Below are positions 26,270-36,910 of a stretch of DNA of 64,000 nucleotides, piece by piece (position 1 is the first letter of the stretch; the number at the start of each line of letters is the position of its first letter). Source of the DNA: an uncultured Chloroflexia bacterium. GTDB lineage: Bacteria; Chloroflexota; Limnocylindria; Limnocylindrales; CSP1-4. The translations under genes and the position numbers were made by a program. The stretch covers positions 544,001 through 608,000 of the forward strand of contig CAWFXA010000003.1 in assembly GCA_963819655.1 (NCBI GenBank), written 5' to 3'. The notes under the pieces are model-generated. The model ran no database searches. It saw nothing but the letters and a program-made list of their open reading frames with translations, and had not been told where the DNA came from.

Positions 26270-28543
26270 CGCTGCTCCTCGATGCCCAGGATCCTGGCGA
26301 GGATGGGCATCACCATGTCGGCGCGACGTTCGTCGAGACCGGCCGCTGCGGCCTTCGATCGTTCGCGGCGGCCGGCGAGGATCCGTTCGCCGATCGACCT
26401 TCGCTCCGGGACGCTGAACGTCGCGATCGTTCGACGCAACAGCGGCAGGATGTTGTCGAAGGCCTCCTGTGGCATGTCCGTCACCCAGCCATCGATGGTG
26501 TCGAACAGATCCTGGTCGTGGAGCAGGATGGTGCCGCTGTCGCGTAGGAAGCCCTCGACCCAGCCCGCGCCGACGGCCGGATCCGCGCCCGGCGAGAGGG
26601 CGAGGCGCATCCGGCGAGCCGCGTCGGCGCTGTCGAGGACGCCCTCGTCCAGCAGGAGGCGGGTCGCCCGGCCGGCCACGAGGCCATGGAGGCCCTCCTG
26701 GTCGATCAGACGAAGCAAGGACTCGCGCCAGGCCACGCGGTCCTCAGCATCGTCTAGCAGGGCGACCGCGCCGTGCACACCGTCGACCTGGCTCGCGAAG
26801 ATCGCGGCCGCGTCGTCGTCGAGCGAGGCGGCCGCGCTCGACAGCCCGATACAGATGCGGGCGACGAGCCCGTCGACGACCGCCGACACGGCAGTCGCGT
26901 CCGTGCCCCGGACGTTGCCGTACCGCAAGACCCTGGCGAGTGGCGGCAGGGCGTCCATGAGGGCAGGCACGTCGGCACCGACCGCCGCCATGTCGCCGAT
27001 CCGGTCGACCACGAGCTCGATCGCCTTCGGAAGATCGGCGAGGAGCACCGACTCGATCAACGAGGTCAGCGCTGCGAGGTCGTCCGCGCCATTGGCGGCC
27101 TCGATCGACGAGTTCGTCGCCGCTTCCTCGATCGTGTTCCCGAAGCGGCTGGCCGCGACCAGGTCGATCACGAACTCTGGCTGCCACGCGAGTGCCCAGA
27201 CCTCGTGGAATGTGCCGCTCTTGCCGCGGACCTGCTGGGTCTGACCCCAGTCGACGCCGAGGATCCCGAGTCGATGCAGGAGGTGACTGCGCGCGCGATC
27301 GGTTTCCGACCGGAGGTCCAGATCGATCGTCTTCTGACCGGGCTCCGGGCGCATGCGGAGTCGGCGGGAGAGCTGCTCGAGGTCGGCGGCGAGGGGCGCC
27401 ACCGGGGCGTCGGGCGGGGTCTCGCCCATGACCTGGCCCACGATGAGCCGGTCGCGCACGAGCTTGAGCGGCAGCTCGGAGCCCATGGCGAGGCACGCAC
27501 GAACGGCCTCATTGAGCTCGGACAGCGACGGCACGGCCCGGCCGCGCATGGCCGCGAGGGTCTCTGCGAGTCGGACGGCTTCGACGAGGTGTGCCGCGGA
27601 GGCATCGAGTCCTTCCTCGCGGAAGAGCGCGGCGACCTTGGCCATCCACGAAACGGCGAGCGGTTCCGTGCCCGACCACAGGTGGGCGTACCAGCCCGGG
27701 GACTCGACGCCGGCGCCGTAGCCCGACTCGGCGGCCAGGCGGTCGAACGTCCACGGCACCCAGGCGGCCGCGGTCTTCATCGGCCTTGGGCAGGGCCCGG
27801 AGGATCCGGTCGTCCTGCGCGGCAGGCGGCAGCTTCTCGAGGGCGGGCGCATGCCAGGCCCCGCACACGACGGCGACGTTGGTCGAAGCCCGTCCTTGGC
27901 CGCTTGCGCGGATGCCGCGCCGCATCGCCGCCTCGCGCTGGAGCGTCAGGCTCTCCCCTTCCGGCAGTGCGTCGCGCACGGCGGTCATCGCTTCCGAGAC
28001 GGCGGCGAACAGGTCCCCGGGATCGCGTCGTGACTCGACCAACCTGTCCCAGAACCGCTCGCCGTCCTCTTCACCCGCGGCTTTCGCGAGCTCGGAGAGT
28101 GGGTCGTGACGAACGTCCTCGACGGCCGTGGTGTCCGGTGCCTCCTCCCCCTCCCCTGCCCCGTCGTCGGCCTCGATCGCTTCGGCGGCCGTGGCTTCGG
28201 CCAGCCGGCGCTCGAACTCCGCCTTGGCGACCGCGAACTGGGCGCCGGCCGCGAGGTCGATGAACCTGGCCGGGATGCCGTGCTCGAGGGCCCAGCGCAG
28301 TGCCACCCATTCCGGGCTGAACTCCGCCATCGGATAGAACGTGGCGACGCGCGGCTCGTCGGGCGCGTAGATGAGGAGCGCGACCGGCGGCCGCATCCCG
28401 GGATTCGCGATCAAGTCGATCAGGTTCGAGGCGTCCGACGGTCCTTCGACGAGCAGGGCGTCCGGCTGCAGCCGCTCGAGCTCAGCGAGCACGCTCCGCG
28501 CCGAGCCGGGGCCGTGGTGGCGGATGCCAAGGATCGTGGTCAC
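26266..28543 (-). CDS. DUF5682 / YehM-like protein (frameshift near 27785, probably a sequencing error)
   Basis: LGIRHHGPGSAR, PMAEFSPEW, VCGAWHAPAL in one frame, continuing as WVPWTFDRLAAESGYGAG in the next frame. Confidence 0.85.
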
Positions 28544-28556
28544 TGTCCGGCCGTGG

Positions 28557-29654
28557 CTATTCGGCCTCCTCGCGGCAGGCCTTGTAGAGCTCGCGCCAAC
28601 CGCCGTCGCGTTCCTTCATCACGGTCTCCAGGTACTCACGCCAGACGGCGGCGTCCTGGACGGGATCGCGGATGATCGCGCCGGTCAGCCCAGCGGCGAT
28701 GTCGTGGGGCGTGAGCCGACCCGCGCCGAAATGCCCCGCGAGCGAGAGGCCCTGGTTGACCACTGCGATCGCCTCGGCTGTCGAGAGGGTCGCCGACGGG
28801 ACCTTGAGCTTGTTCTTGCCGTCCTCCGTCTGACCCGACCGGAGCTCTCGGAAGATCGTGACGATGCGGCGGATCTCCTCGAGGGCGGGTGCCTCAGCCG
28901 GCAGGTCGAGGGCGCGGCCCATCTCCCCTACTCGCTGCTGCACGATCTGGACTTCCTGCTCGACCGACGCCGGGAGCGGCAGGACGACGGTGTTGAAGCG
29001 CCGTCGGAGCGCGGACGAGAGCTCGTTGACGCCTCTGTCGCGGTTGTTCGCGGTGGCGATCACGTTGAAGCCGTTGACCGCCTGGACTTCCTCGCCGAGC
29101 TCCGCGATCGGCAGGGACTTCTCGGACAGGATCGTGATCAGCGCGTCCTGGACGTCCGACGGGATCCGGGTCAGCTCTTCGATGCGCACCTGTTTGCCTG
29201 CGGCCATGCCGACCATGACCGGGCTGGCGACGAGGGCAGCCCGCGATGGGCCATCGGCCAGGAGCCGGGCGTAGTTCCAGCCGTAGCGGATCGCCTCCTC
29301 GCCTGTGCCGGCGGTCCCCTGCACCAGCAGCGTCGAATCGCCGCTGATCGCAGCGGCGAGGTGTTCCGACAGCCAGCTCTTGGCGGTCCCGGGCACGCCC
29401 AGGAGGAGCAGGGCGCGGTCCGTGGCGAGCGTGGCCACCGCGATCTCCACCAGCCGCCGATCCCCGATGTACTTGGGCGTGACGTCGGTGCCGTCCTTGA
29501 GCTTGCCGCCCATGACGAACGTCACGACCGCCCACGGCGACAGGCGCCACCCCGATGGGCGCTGCTTCTCGTCGAGTCGGGCGAGGGCCTCGAGCTCGTC
29601 GGCCTGGGCCTGCTCGGCGTGGGCACGGAGGACGGCCGGGGGTGTCGTGGTCAT
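28557..29654 (-). CDS. MoxR-type AAA+ ATPase (YehL-like)
   Basis: GVPGTAKS Walker A, IRYGWNYA, RIEELTR, ATANNRDRGVNELSSALRRRF. Confidence 0.93.
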   Translation of the reverse strand: MTTTPPAVLRAHAEQAQADELEALARLDEKQRPSGWRLSPWAVVTFVMGGKLKDGTDVTPKYIGDRRLVEIAVATLATDRALLLLGVPGTAKSWLSEHLAAAISGDSTLLVQGTAGTGEEAIRYGWNYARLLADGPSRAALVASPVMVGMAAGKQVRIEELTRIPSDVQDALITILSEKSLPIAELGEEVQAVNGFNVIATANNRDRGVNELSSALRRRFNTVVLPLPASVEQEVQIVQQRVGEMGRALDLPAEAPALEEIRRIVTIFRELRSGQTEDGKNKLKVPSATLSTAEAIAVVNQGLSLAGHFGAGRLTPHDIAAGLTGAIIRDPVQDAAVWREYLETVMKERDGGWRELYKACREEAE

Positions 29655-29665
29655 CGGGTCTCCCA

Positions 29666-32491
29666 TCAGGCTGGGGGTGTCATGGAGGAGAACGCCTCGC
29701 GGATGCGGGCGCGAAGTCGGATGGTCTCGACGACATCGGTGAGCGCCGGTCGGAGCTCGTCCTTGTACGACGCGACGTTGGTCAAGTCGTCCGCTCGGTC
29801 GGGTGGCAGGCGGAGCGCGGCGGCGCGGACGAGCTCGTAGAGTCCGGGTCCCGCGAACTGTTCCCGACCGACCAGACTGGCGACGTCGAGCACCGCGTCG
29901 GCGAGCGGCGCCGGCCAAGGCGCCGGGATCGATGCGGCGAGTGCTGCGAGCGTCGAAGGATGGAGGGCGGTAGCGGAGGTGGCCACGGCGGCGGCGGCGT
30001 CCGCCAACGAGAGCCCGTTCAGCACCTGCCCGACGTCGTTCGTGACCTTGTCCGGAACGGCCGGGTTGCTCAGGATCGCCGTCGCCCATGCAGGATCGCC
30101 GAAGCGGGCTGCTGCCGCGATCCAGCCCTCGAGCAGCGGGCGGGCTTCGTCTGATCGTGACGCCTGGTCGACGAGGCCTGGCGGATCCACCCGCAGCCAC
30201 TCGCTCCATCGTTCCGGACGGACATGGGCGAGGAGGGACCGGAGCAGCCAGGCGCGCTCGCCGTAGCCAGCTTCGGGCCGGCCGGTGAAACCCAGCGCCG
30301 CAAACTCCTCCGAGGGCGACGGCAGGGTGACCTTGAGATTCTTGCGGACGAGGCCGCCGGTCGCGAGGAGTGGCCTCGCTTCGTCCTCGATGCGACGGGT
30401 CAGTGCGGAATCCGGGAGCTGCACCAGGAGCCCCAGTGCGGTCCTGCGCACGTCGGCCCTTCGATCGGAGAGGGCCTCGGTGATGAAGGGTTCGTCCGCC
30501 GGTTCGATCCGCACGTCGACAGCCTCGAGCGCGCGCGCCCGATCATCCGACGGGATCGATGCCCACCAAGCCGCCAGGGCTTCTCGGGCGCGCGGCAGAT
30601 CCGACTGACGAATGCGCCGAACCACCGCAGCCTTGGCCGCCCCGGTCTGTGCCGCCGCCCAGGCTTCGTCCCAGTCCTCCCCCGTCCCCCACCACACGTC
30701 CCCGGCGAGTTCCGGGAATGTCCGAGCAAGCCACGCCGCGCGGGTCCCACCAAGCTCCACGTATGCGGCGGGGTCGTCTGCCCGCTTGGCCAATGCCATG
30801 AGGTCCGGGAGCCACTCGTCAGGCAGGCGACGGCCGGTTCCGCGCACGAGCTCGAGGATCTCGGGCGCCAGCGAAGGTCGCTCGTCGAAGCCGAGGCCGA
30901 CGTACCGTGCCGCCGCGCCCGTGAGCTGCGGATGCGGGTCGGGTTCGGCCGGCTGCGGGAGCGGCGCTTCGTCGCGGGTCGTCGTTCGACCTGCACGACG
31001 CCGGAGAGCCATCGACCCGGCCGCGACGAGGATCGCCCGCTCCGGCTCGGCACCCGCGACGAGACCGGCCACGGTCGCGGGAATGGGAGCGTTCCCTCCG
31101 GTTCGCTCCGTTCCGAGGAGGGCCGCCGAGACGAGCGCCGACCAGTCAGGGTCTTCGATCTTCAGTTCGAGGCCCTCGGTGTCCGTTGTCACCGACGCCA
31201 GGTGTCCATCGGCGAACGCCGCGAGGGGACGAAGCCAGTTGCCGTCCCACTCGGCGACGAGGGTCACCGGGTGGCCTCCCGACACGGCGAAGAGGCGCGG
31301 CGCGACGTCGGAGGTAAGCAGCGGGAGGGCCGTCCCGTCGGGATCCCGCACGAGCAGCTGATCCCCTCGAAGGACCGGCACGACGTCGCCGATCACGACC
31401 GGCCAGGAGCCGGCGAACGGATTGCGGGCGAGACGCGCGGCGTGTTCCTCGACGACCATGGAAAGCGCGGCGGCACCGGGGACATCGATGATGTCGCCAT
31501 CAGGTTCGATCGGTGGTCGGACGGCAGCGCGCAGCGGCGTCGATGACGGGTAGAAGGTCATGGTCGCCCGGAACGCCTGGCCGGGATAGGCGAGGAGCGT
31601 CGGCGGAGCGGCCCCGACGCCAAAGGCGAGATGCAGCGCGATCCGTCCGGACGACTCCCCGAGAAGGAACGTCCGCGCGGTCACGATGTCGCCGCGGTCG
31701 TCGATGCGCTGTCCGATGACGAGCCATCGGTCCTCCACGGCAGCGGCGGGGTCGAGCTCATCCTCCTTCACGTTCCAGCCGACCAGCGAGCGGACGTCTG
31801 CCCGCAGGTCATCGGGGAGCTGATCGGCGCGTCGATACGCCTCCGAAAGCAGGTGCAGGCGCCCGGCCCCCTCTAGCAGCAGGTGTGGCCAGGCGTCACC
31901 CGAGTTGGCCGCGGATCCCAGGCCGCGCACCGACCGACCCAACCCGCCGGCCTGCGCGTCGACGAGGCGGGCACCCATCGCGTCCCAGAATCGATAACCC
32001 TCGCCGCGGGTGCTGTCGAGGCCGCGACGCATCAGGTCGCGCAGCCACCGGTCGAGCTCGTCGATCCCCGCCGCGACCTTCCGTTCGCGCGTCGCGATCC
32101 GTTTGGCGCGCGCTTCGGGGTCGATCTCGGTCGGCCGTTCTGCCCTGGTTGCGGCGGCGGCAGCTCGACTGGCCCGGCTCTCCAGCCAGGACTGTGCCCA
32201 GTCAGGCGGATCGGCAGTCGGGGCGCCACCATCCGCCACCAGGAACAGCAGGCCCAGCGCGTGCTTGCAGGGGATCTTGCGTGACGGGCACGAGCATTTG
32301 TAGGCCGGGCCGGCGATATCGACCGCCACCTGGTACGGGTTGGCGCCGCTGCCTTTGCACAGGCCCCAAGCGGCCACATCGGATCGGCCCGCCGAATCCC
32401 ATCGACGTCGATCAGCGAGGGCCTCGCCCGAGCGCGCGGCTGCTGCATCGGGCGCCAGCGTCCGGATCTGGTCGTGGGTCAGTGTCGGCAC
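29666..32491 (-). CDS. SWIM zinc finger (YehQ-like) fused to a DUF5691-like helical domain
   Basis: CKGSGANPY, CSCPSRKIPCKH, RLVDAQAGGL; second half starts WSALVSAALLGTER and has HEAT-like DRRADVRRTA. Confidence 0.85.
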   Translation of the reverse strand: MPTLTHDQIRTLAPDAAAARSGEALADRRRWDSAGRSDVAAWGLCKGSGANPYQVAVDIAGPAYKCSCPSRKIPCKHALGLLFLVADGGAPTADPPDWAQSWLESRASRAAAAATRAERPTEIDPEARAKRIATRERKVAAGIDELDRWLRDLMRRGLDSTRGEGYRFWDAMGARLVDAQAGGLGRSVRGLGSAANSGDAWPHLLLEGAGRLHLLSEAYRRADQLPDDLRADVRSLVGWNVKEDELDPAAAVEDRWLVIGQRIDDRGDIVTARTFLLGESSGRIALHLAFGVGAAPPTLLAYPGQAFRATMTFYPSSTPLRAAVRPPIEPDGDIIDVPGAAALSMVVEEHAARLARNPFAGSWPVVIGDVVPVLRGDQLLVRDPDGTALPLLTSDVAPRLFAVSGGHPVTLVAEWDGNWLRPLAAFADGHLASVTTDTEGLELKIEDPDWSALVSAALLGTERTGGNAPIPATVAGLVAGAEPERAILVAAGSMALRRRAGRTTTRDEAPLPQPAEPDPHPQLTGAAARYVGLGFDERPSLAPEILELVRGTGRRLPDEWLPDLMALAKRADDPAAYVELGGTRAAWLARTFPELAGDVWWGTGEDWDEAWAAAQTGAAKAAVVRRIRQSDLPRAREALAAWWASIPSDDRARALEAVDVRIEPADEPFITEALSDRRADVRRTALGLLVQLPDSALTRRIEDEARPLLATGGLVRKNLKVTLPSPSEEFAALGFTGRPEAGYGERAWLLRSLLAHVRPERWSEWLRVDPPGLVDQASRSDEARPLLEGWIAAAARFGDPAWATAILSNPAVPDKVTNDVGQVLNGLSLADAAAAVATSATALHPSTLAALAASIPAPWPAPLADAVLDVASLVGREQFAGPGLYELVRAAALRLPPDRADDLTNVASYKDELRPALTDVVETIRLRARIREAFSSMTPPA

Positions 32492-32542
32492 GGCCCGAAT
32501 ATCATGCCGCCTCGGTCGTGCATGCCAAAGGAGGCCTTGTCC

Positions 32543-33706
32543 TCACTTGGAAGGGCGCACATCCGCTGGTTGCCCCCGACCCCGCGACGATGTCGCTTCA
32601 AGGATCGTGACTAGGGTGCCGACCCCGGCGACGAGGGCGAGGGTTCCAAGCGCCGAGATCGTCCCTGCGAACGGAACCACCACGAGCGATGCGATCGATC
32701 CGGCCAATAGGGTCCAGGAGAGGCGTTTGGACGCAAGGCGGATGAACACCACCGTAGTGATCAGATACAGCGACACGCCGCCGCCGAGCGCCGACGCCGG
32801 AACCAGCGCCAGCGGCTCAGCCACGTGTTCCAGGGCGGCCTCGACCCCGAAGGCGTACAGGATGATCGCGCCGACCACGGGCAGGTGGAGGTAGGCGTAG
32901 GCATTTCGGGCGTAGCGCACTCGGTCGGGGCCCATCTCGAACGCCAGGCGTCGCAGGCCGAGGTCGGCCGTTGTGCCGAAATAGAGCCACCAGAACGTTG
33001 CGGCCAGGACCATGCTCAGCGCGACAGCTACAAGGACCTGCTGGTCGAGATCGCGCCCGGCCCCTGCCCCGATGGCCAGGATCGACTCCCCGAGCGCGAT
33101 CAGAACGATGAGCCCCTGCCGCTCTGCGAAATGCTCGATGGCCACCTGCCAACCGCTCGATGCCACACCGGTGAGCACGGGGCCGACGTAGGCGATCGCG
33201 AGCGCGGCCACCCAGAGGAACATCCGCATCTCGGGCTCCACAAAGGCGGCCACGACGTATAGCGAGGACCCCAGGATCGCGGTCGGCGCGAACCGGGCCA
33301 GCGCTCCCACCCGGCCCGGATCGGCTCGAGCTGCCAGCGTCAGGAGGACGAGATGGACGAGCCGAACGGCGAAGTAGGCGAGGCCGAACAGCAGCGCATC
33401 ATCCTCGAAGGCGTCTGGCACCGCGAGCGCCACGAACACCAGTGTCCCGGTCGACACGAGCATCGCCAGCCGCGCGACGCCGCGGTCGACCCGGATGGCG
33501 CTGGTGAACCAGGAGTAGACCTCCCACGCTCCCCAGAGCGTGGCGAGAACGAGGAAGCCGCGGAGCAGGCCCATCCAGGTCGGGTCTTCGGCGAGCAGGC
33601 CGGTGATCTGGGTGAACGCAAACACCATCACCAGGTCGAAATAGAGCTCGACCGGGCTGACCCGGTGCTCCATCTCGCGGTCCGGTCCCGAGGTGGCTGT
33701 CGCCAT
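32543..33706 (-). CDS. ltrA: Low temperature requirement protein A
   Basis: VSPVELYFDLV, HFAERQGLIVLIALGESI, WWLYF, YAYLHLP. Confidence 0.9.
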   Translation of the reverse strand: MATATSGPDREMEHRVSPVELYFDLVMVFAFTQITGLLAEDPTWMGLLRGFLVLATLWGAWEVYSWFTSAIRVDRGVARLAMLVSTGTLVFVALAVPDAFEDDALLFGLAYFAVRLVHLVLLTLAARADPGRVGALARFAPTAILGSSLYVVAAFVEPEMRMFLWVAALAIAYVGPVLTGVASSGWQVAIEHFAERQGLIVLIALGESILAIGAGAGRDLDQQVLVAVALSMVLAATFWWLYFGTTADLGLRRLAFEMGPDRVRYARNAYAYLHLPVVGAIILYAFGVEAALEHVAEPLALVPASALGGGVSLYLITTVVFIRLASKRLSWTLLAGSIASLVVVPFAGTISALGTLALVAGVGTLVTILEATSSRGRGQPADVRPSK

Positions 33707-33755
33707 GTGAATACCGATTCCCTGCGCGGGCCGGGTTGCTGTCGGGTGAGTGGTG

Positions 33756-33955
33756 CTACACCGCGACGCCGGGCCCAAGCGCGGTCCGGCCCGTCGCGGA
33801 TTCGGTGCTCAGCTGGGCGGCGCCGTTACCGGCCGCCGCCGCGATCTCCGCGAGGCGCGTCCCGGTGACCGTCTCCTTGGCGATGAGCTCTGCGGCCAAC
33901 GCATCCAGCAGGTCGCGGTGCCGCAGGAGCAACGCGGCCGCCCGGTCGGGCTCGA
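33756..33955 (-). pseudogene. 3' remnant resembling an FtsH/peptidase M41 C-terminus
   Basis: RAAALLLRHRDLLDALAAELIAKETVTG; no upstream AAA or HEXXH region. Confidence 0.6.
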
Positions 33956-34056
33956 ATCGCCCGGAGTCGCGTTTCGTGCAGGGATTGGTCGGGGCGGCCG
34001 CAATTGAACCGACGACCACCGGTCCCCAGACCGCACCCTTTGCTACCCTTGGGCGG

Positions 34057-34588
34057 ATGGTGAGAGGTGACTGGCCTGAGCTCGAGTACCTCGTGATCGG
34101 GACGGGCGTGAGAGTCCTCCACGCCAATGAAGCAGCGGCCAGCGTCTTAGCCGCCGTCCAGGCATTGAACGAAGCGAACTCGGCCCTCCCCGAACAGCCG
34201 ACGGCGGCGGACGTATCGAAGTTTGCGGAGCGATACGCAGCGCAGGTGGCGCCTCTCGAGGCAGCAGCCATAGCACTCGAGACCGAGATGGCCGCGATCG
34301 CACCGGGGCAGAGCCGAAATCCTCGACATCCTCGACACCGACCATGATGCTGCCGGCGTCGCCGAGGAGTACCTGGGGGGCGCCAAGTCCCTTGGCGCAG
34401 CGGCGGTACACGTGACCGAGGCACTCGCCACGTTCCCCCGATCCCTCGAGAACCTTGGTCGGACCTTGCCGCCGGTCGAAGACGCGACCGCCGGCCTCGC
34501 ATCCGCGATGCGGCGCGTGTTAGTTGCCCTCGAACCCGCCATCGGATGGGGGGATCGCTCCGCCACGATCCTGTCCGACTGGACGTGA
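34057..34588 (+). CDS. Hypothetical helical protein (one frameshift in the GGGG run near 34305)
   Basis: ATG 7 nt after a TACCCT-like -10; after removing one G the frame continues AEILDILDTDHDAAGVAEEYLGGAKSLG...ILSDWT*. Confidence 0.5.
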
Positions 34589-34669
34589 TGGTAGCGGCCA
34601 CGTGAGCCGCAGTCGGCAGTTCCGGGCAGGCTCCGGCTCGGCTCCGAGCGTCGCGGTCGATCCCGGCTC

Positions 34670-34730
34670 GTCCGGAGCTCCTCGAGGTCGAGCTCGCGTT
34701 CGATCGTGCGAAGGGTCTGGTCGTTGATCT
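34670..34730 (-). pseudogene. Remnant resembling the C-terminus of a CPA1 Na+/H+ antiporter
   Basis: INDQTLRTIERELDLEELR. Confidence 0.55.
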
Positions 34731-34822
34731 TACAGACACCTTCACCAGCCGCTACATCGACGCCGGCGACGTTCGCCTGCACCGTCATCGGCGGCGAGGG
34801 CCCGCCGCCGCTGCTCGTGTGA
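34731..34822 (+). pseudogene. Remnant of an alpha/beta hydrolase homologous to 42301-42400
   Basis: GACACCTTCACCAGCCGCTAC is shared with 42308-42328; then a degenerate ...GGEGPP.LLV and a stop. Confidence 0.7.
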
Positions 34823-34913
34823 ACCCACCTGGAAGGTTTGGCGTGCCGGAGGCGGAGCCTCGACCTTCCGGGGACGAGGAACGGCCGTAGGACGTGGTCA
34901 TGACGAACTCCCT

Positions 34914-36110
34914 TCAGACCGAGCGGAGCGGCCGGAACGCCGCGCGCACCTCGGCCGAGAAGATTTCGGGCTCTTCCCACGCTGCGAAGTGCCCGCCCTT
35001 GTCGGTCTCGTTGAAATACGTGAGGGTCGGGTAGCTCTTCGCGACCCAGCTGCGCGGAGCCCGGAAGACCTCGCCAGGGAACGTCGTGAAGCCGACCGGA
35101 ACCGAGACAGGCGGAGGGGCCTGGCCTGCCGCAACAGCTTGGGCTCGTCCGGTCTCCCAGTACGCCCGGGCCGCAGATGCGCCAGTACCCGTAAGCCAGT
35201 ACAGCGTGATGTTGTCGAGGATGTGGTCCCGGGTGAGATTGCCCACGGGCTGCCCATCGACAAAAGCGTCGGTGATCTTCTCGTAGCTGTCGGTGTCGTG
35301 ATCGAGCATCCAGGCCGCCAGCCCGACCGGTGAATCCAGCAGGGAGTAGCCGATCGTCTGTGGCCGGGTGGCCTGCTCCAGGTAGTAGCCGAAGCCCGTG
35401 GCCCTGAACGTGGCGAGCGTGGCGGCCGCCGCGAGCTCCTCATCGGATTCGGCCGGCAGCTGCCCGCCCAGCGCCGAGGCGAGCAGGTTCATGTGGATGC
35501 CGAGCAGCCCCTGGGGAGCCAGCCGGCCCAGAACATCGGTGACCAAGGCACCCACATCGCCGCCTTGTGCGACATACCGTGTGTAGCCGAGGCGATGCAT
35601 CAGCTCCGCCCAAGCGCGCGCGACGCGGCCGACGTCCCAACCGACTTCGGTCGGCTCGCCGGAGAACCCGTAGCCCGGCACCGACGGCAAGACGAGGTGG
35701 AATGCGTCCTCGGCGCGTCCGCCGCGGGCGGTCGGGTCCGTAAGCGGGCCGACGGTGTCCAGCAGCTCAATGACCGAGCCGGGCCAGCCGTGCGTCATGA
35801 TCAGCGGCATCGCGTCCGCGTGCGGCGACCGTACGTGAACGAAGTGGATGTCCAGCCCGTCGATCTCGGTCGTGAACTGCGGGAGCGAGTTGAGTCTCGC
35901 CTCGACCCGGCCGAGGTCGTAGTCGGTGGCCCAGTACCGGGCGAGCTCCTGGATCGTCGCCAGTTGGACGCCCTGGGAGCGATCCGGCACCAGCTCCTTG
36001 TGGGGCCAGCGTGTGGCGGCGATGCGGCGTCGAAGGTCGACCAACTGGTCGTTCGACACGTCGATATGGAATGGGCGGATCTCGATGGGAGTTTCGGTGG
36101 CGGTGATCAC
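34914..36110 (-). CDS. Epoxide hydrolase
   Basis: HGWPGS, AQGGDVG, LLDSPVG, GGHFAAWEEP. Confidence 0.93.
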   Translation of the reverse strand: MITATETPIEIRPFHIDVSNDQLVDLRRRIAATRWPHKELVPDRSQGVQLATIQELARYWATDYDLGRVEARLNSLPQFTTEIDGLDIHFVHVRSPHADAMPLIMTHGWPGSVIELLDTVGPLTDPTARGGRAEDAFHLVLPSVPGYGFSGEPTEVGWDVGRVARAWAELMHRLGYTRYVAQGGDVGALVTDVLGRLAPQGLLGIHMNLLASALGGQLPAESDEELAAAATLATFRATGFGYYLEQATRPQTIGYSLLDSPVGLAAWMLDHDTDSYEKITDAFVDGQPVGNLTRDHILDNITLYWLTGTGASAARAYWETGRAQAVAAGQAPPPVSVPVGFTTFPGEVFRAPRSWVAKSYPTLTYFNETDKGGHFAAWEEPEIFSAEVRAAFRPLRSV

Positions 36111-36270
36111 GATGGGCTCCTTCTGCCGCTCCTGCGGAGCGAGCGACCATGGTTGCTCCGGCGCCTCTTCAGTTCGCGCCCGGTGATAGGCACCGGCTCC
36201 GGAAGTTGCGATGGGATATCCGGTGGCCGGCCCCCAAAGCCGGCCGCCGGATGCTGGGCTGAGAAGAGGT

Positions 36271-36759
36271 TCAGCCCAGTGACGAAAGCAGCTGCGCCGC
36301 GCGCTGGGAGTGCGCCTCCGTCACGGTGACGTCGTACCGGTCCGCGACGACGGCGCTGGCCGAGGCGAAGTCGCGCTGGCCATGCGTCGTCCAGTGAGAG
36401 ACGAAGCCGAAGATCGCTCCCCAGACCGCGCCGATCACCGCCGCGGTGAGGGTCACGGCGATCCACTCGGGCCCGATCACGAACAGGGTGATCAGCAATC
36501 CGACGAACGCCCCGAACCATGCGCCCGAGGCCGCCCCCATCAGCGTTGCTCGGGTCTTGGTCAACCGACCTACGACCTGCTCGACGAGACGAAGGTCCCT
36601 GCCGACGATCGCCGACTGCTCCACCGGAAACCCGGAGTCGGAGAGATGATCGACCGCGCGCTGGGCCTGCTCGTATGTCGGATAGCTGGCGACGACCTGG
36701 CCGGAGGCGGCCGACGCGATCCCCCTGGCCGCACCGTCGAAGCTGGTGGCTGCACTCAT
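36271..36759 (-). CDS. General stress protein 17M-like membrane protein
   Basis: VASYPTYEQAQRAVDHLSDSGFPV...LVEQVVGRL, two TM helices, RDFAS...ADRYDV; AGGAGG RBS. Confidence 0.88.
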   Translation of the reverse strand: MSAATSFDGAARGIASAASGQVVASYPTYEQAQRAVDHLSDSGFPVEQSAIVGRDLRLVEQVVGRLTKTRATLMGAASGAWFGAFVGLLITLFVIGPEWIAVTLTAAVIGAVWGAIFGFVSHWTTHGQRDFASASAVVADRYDVTVTEAHSQRAAQLLSSLG

Positions 36760-36813
36760 CGCTGGATCCTCCTGGAAAAGGGACGGGGCCCATCGGCCTG
36801 CTCGATAGCCACC

Positions 36814-36880
36814 ACGGTCACACGAGATCGGCCGGATGGCACCCGTGGGACCCACTGGTTGATGCACGGGTGCGCGCCGG
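36814..36880 (-). promoter_or_regulatory. Activator-dependent promoter with phased hexamer sites
   Basis: Minus strand: CCCGTG-N6-CCAGTG-N5-CACGGG-TGCCA, then 17 nt, then GACCGT. Confidence 0.55.
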
Positions 36881-36910
36881 TTGACGATCCCCTCGACCAT
36901 CGGTGGATCA

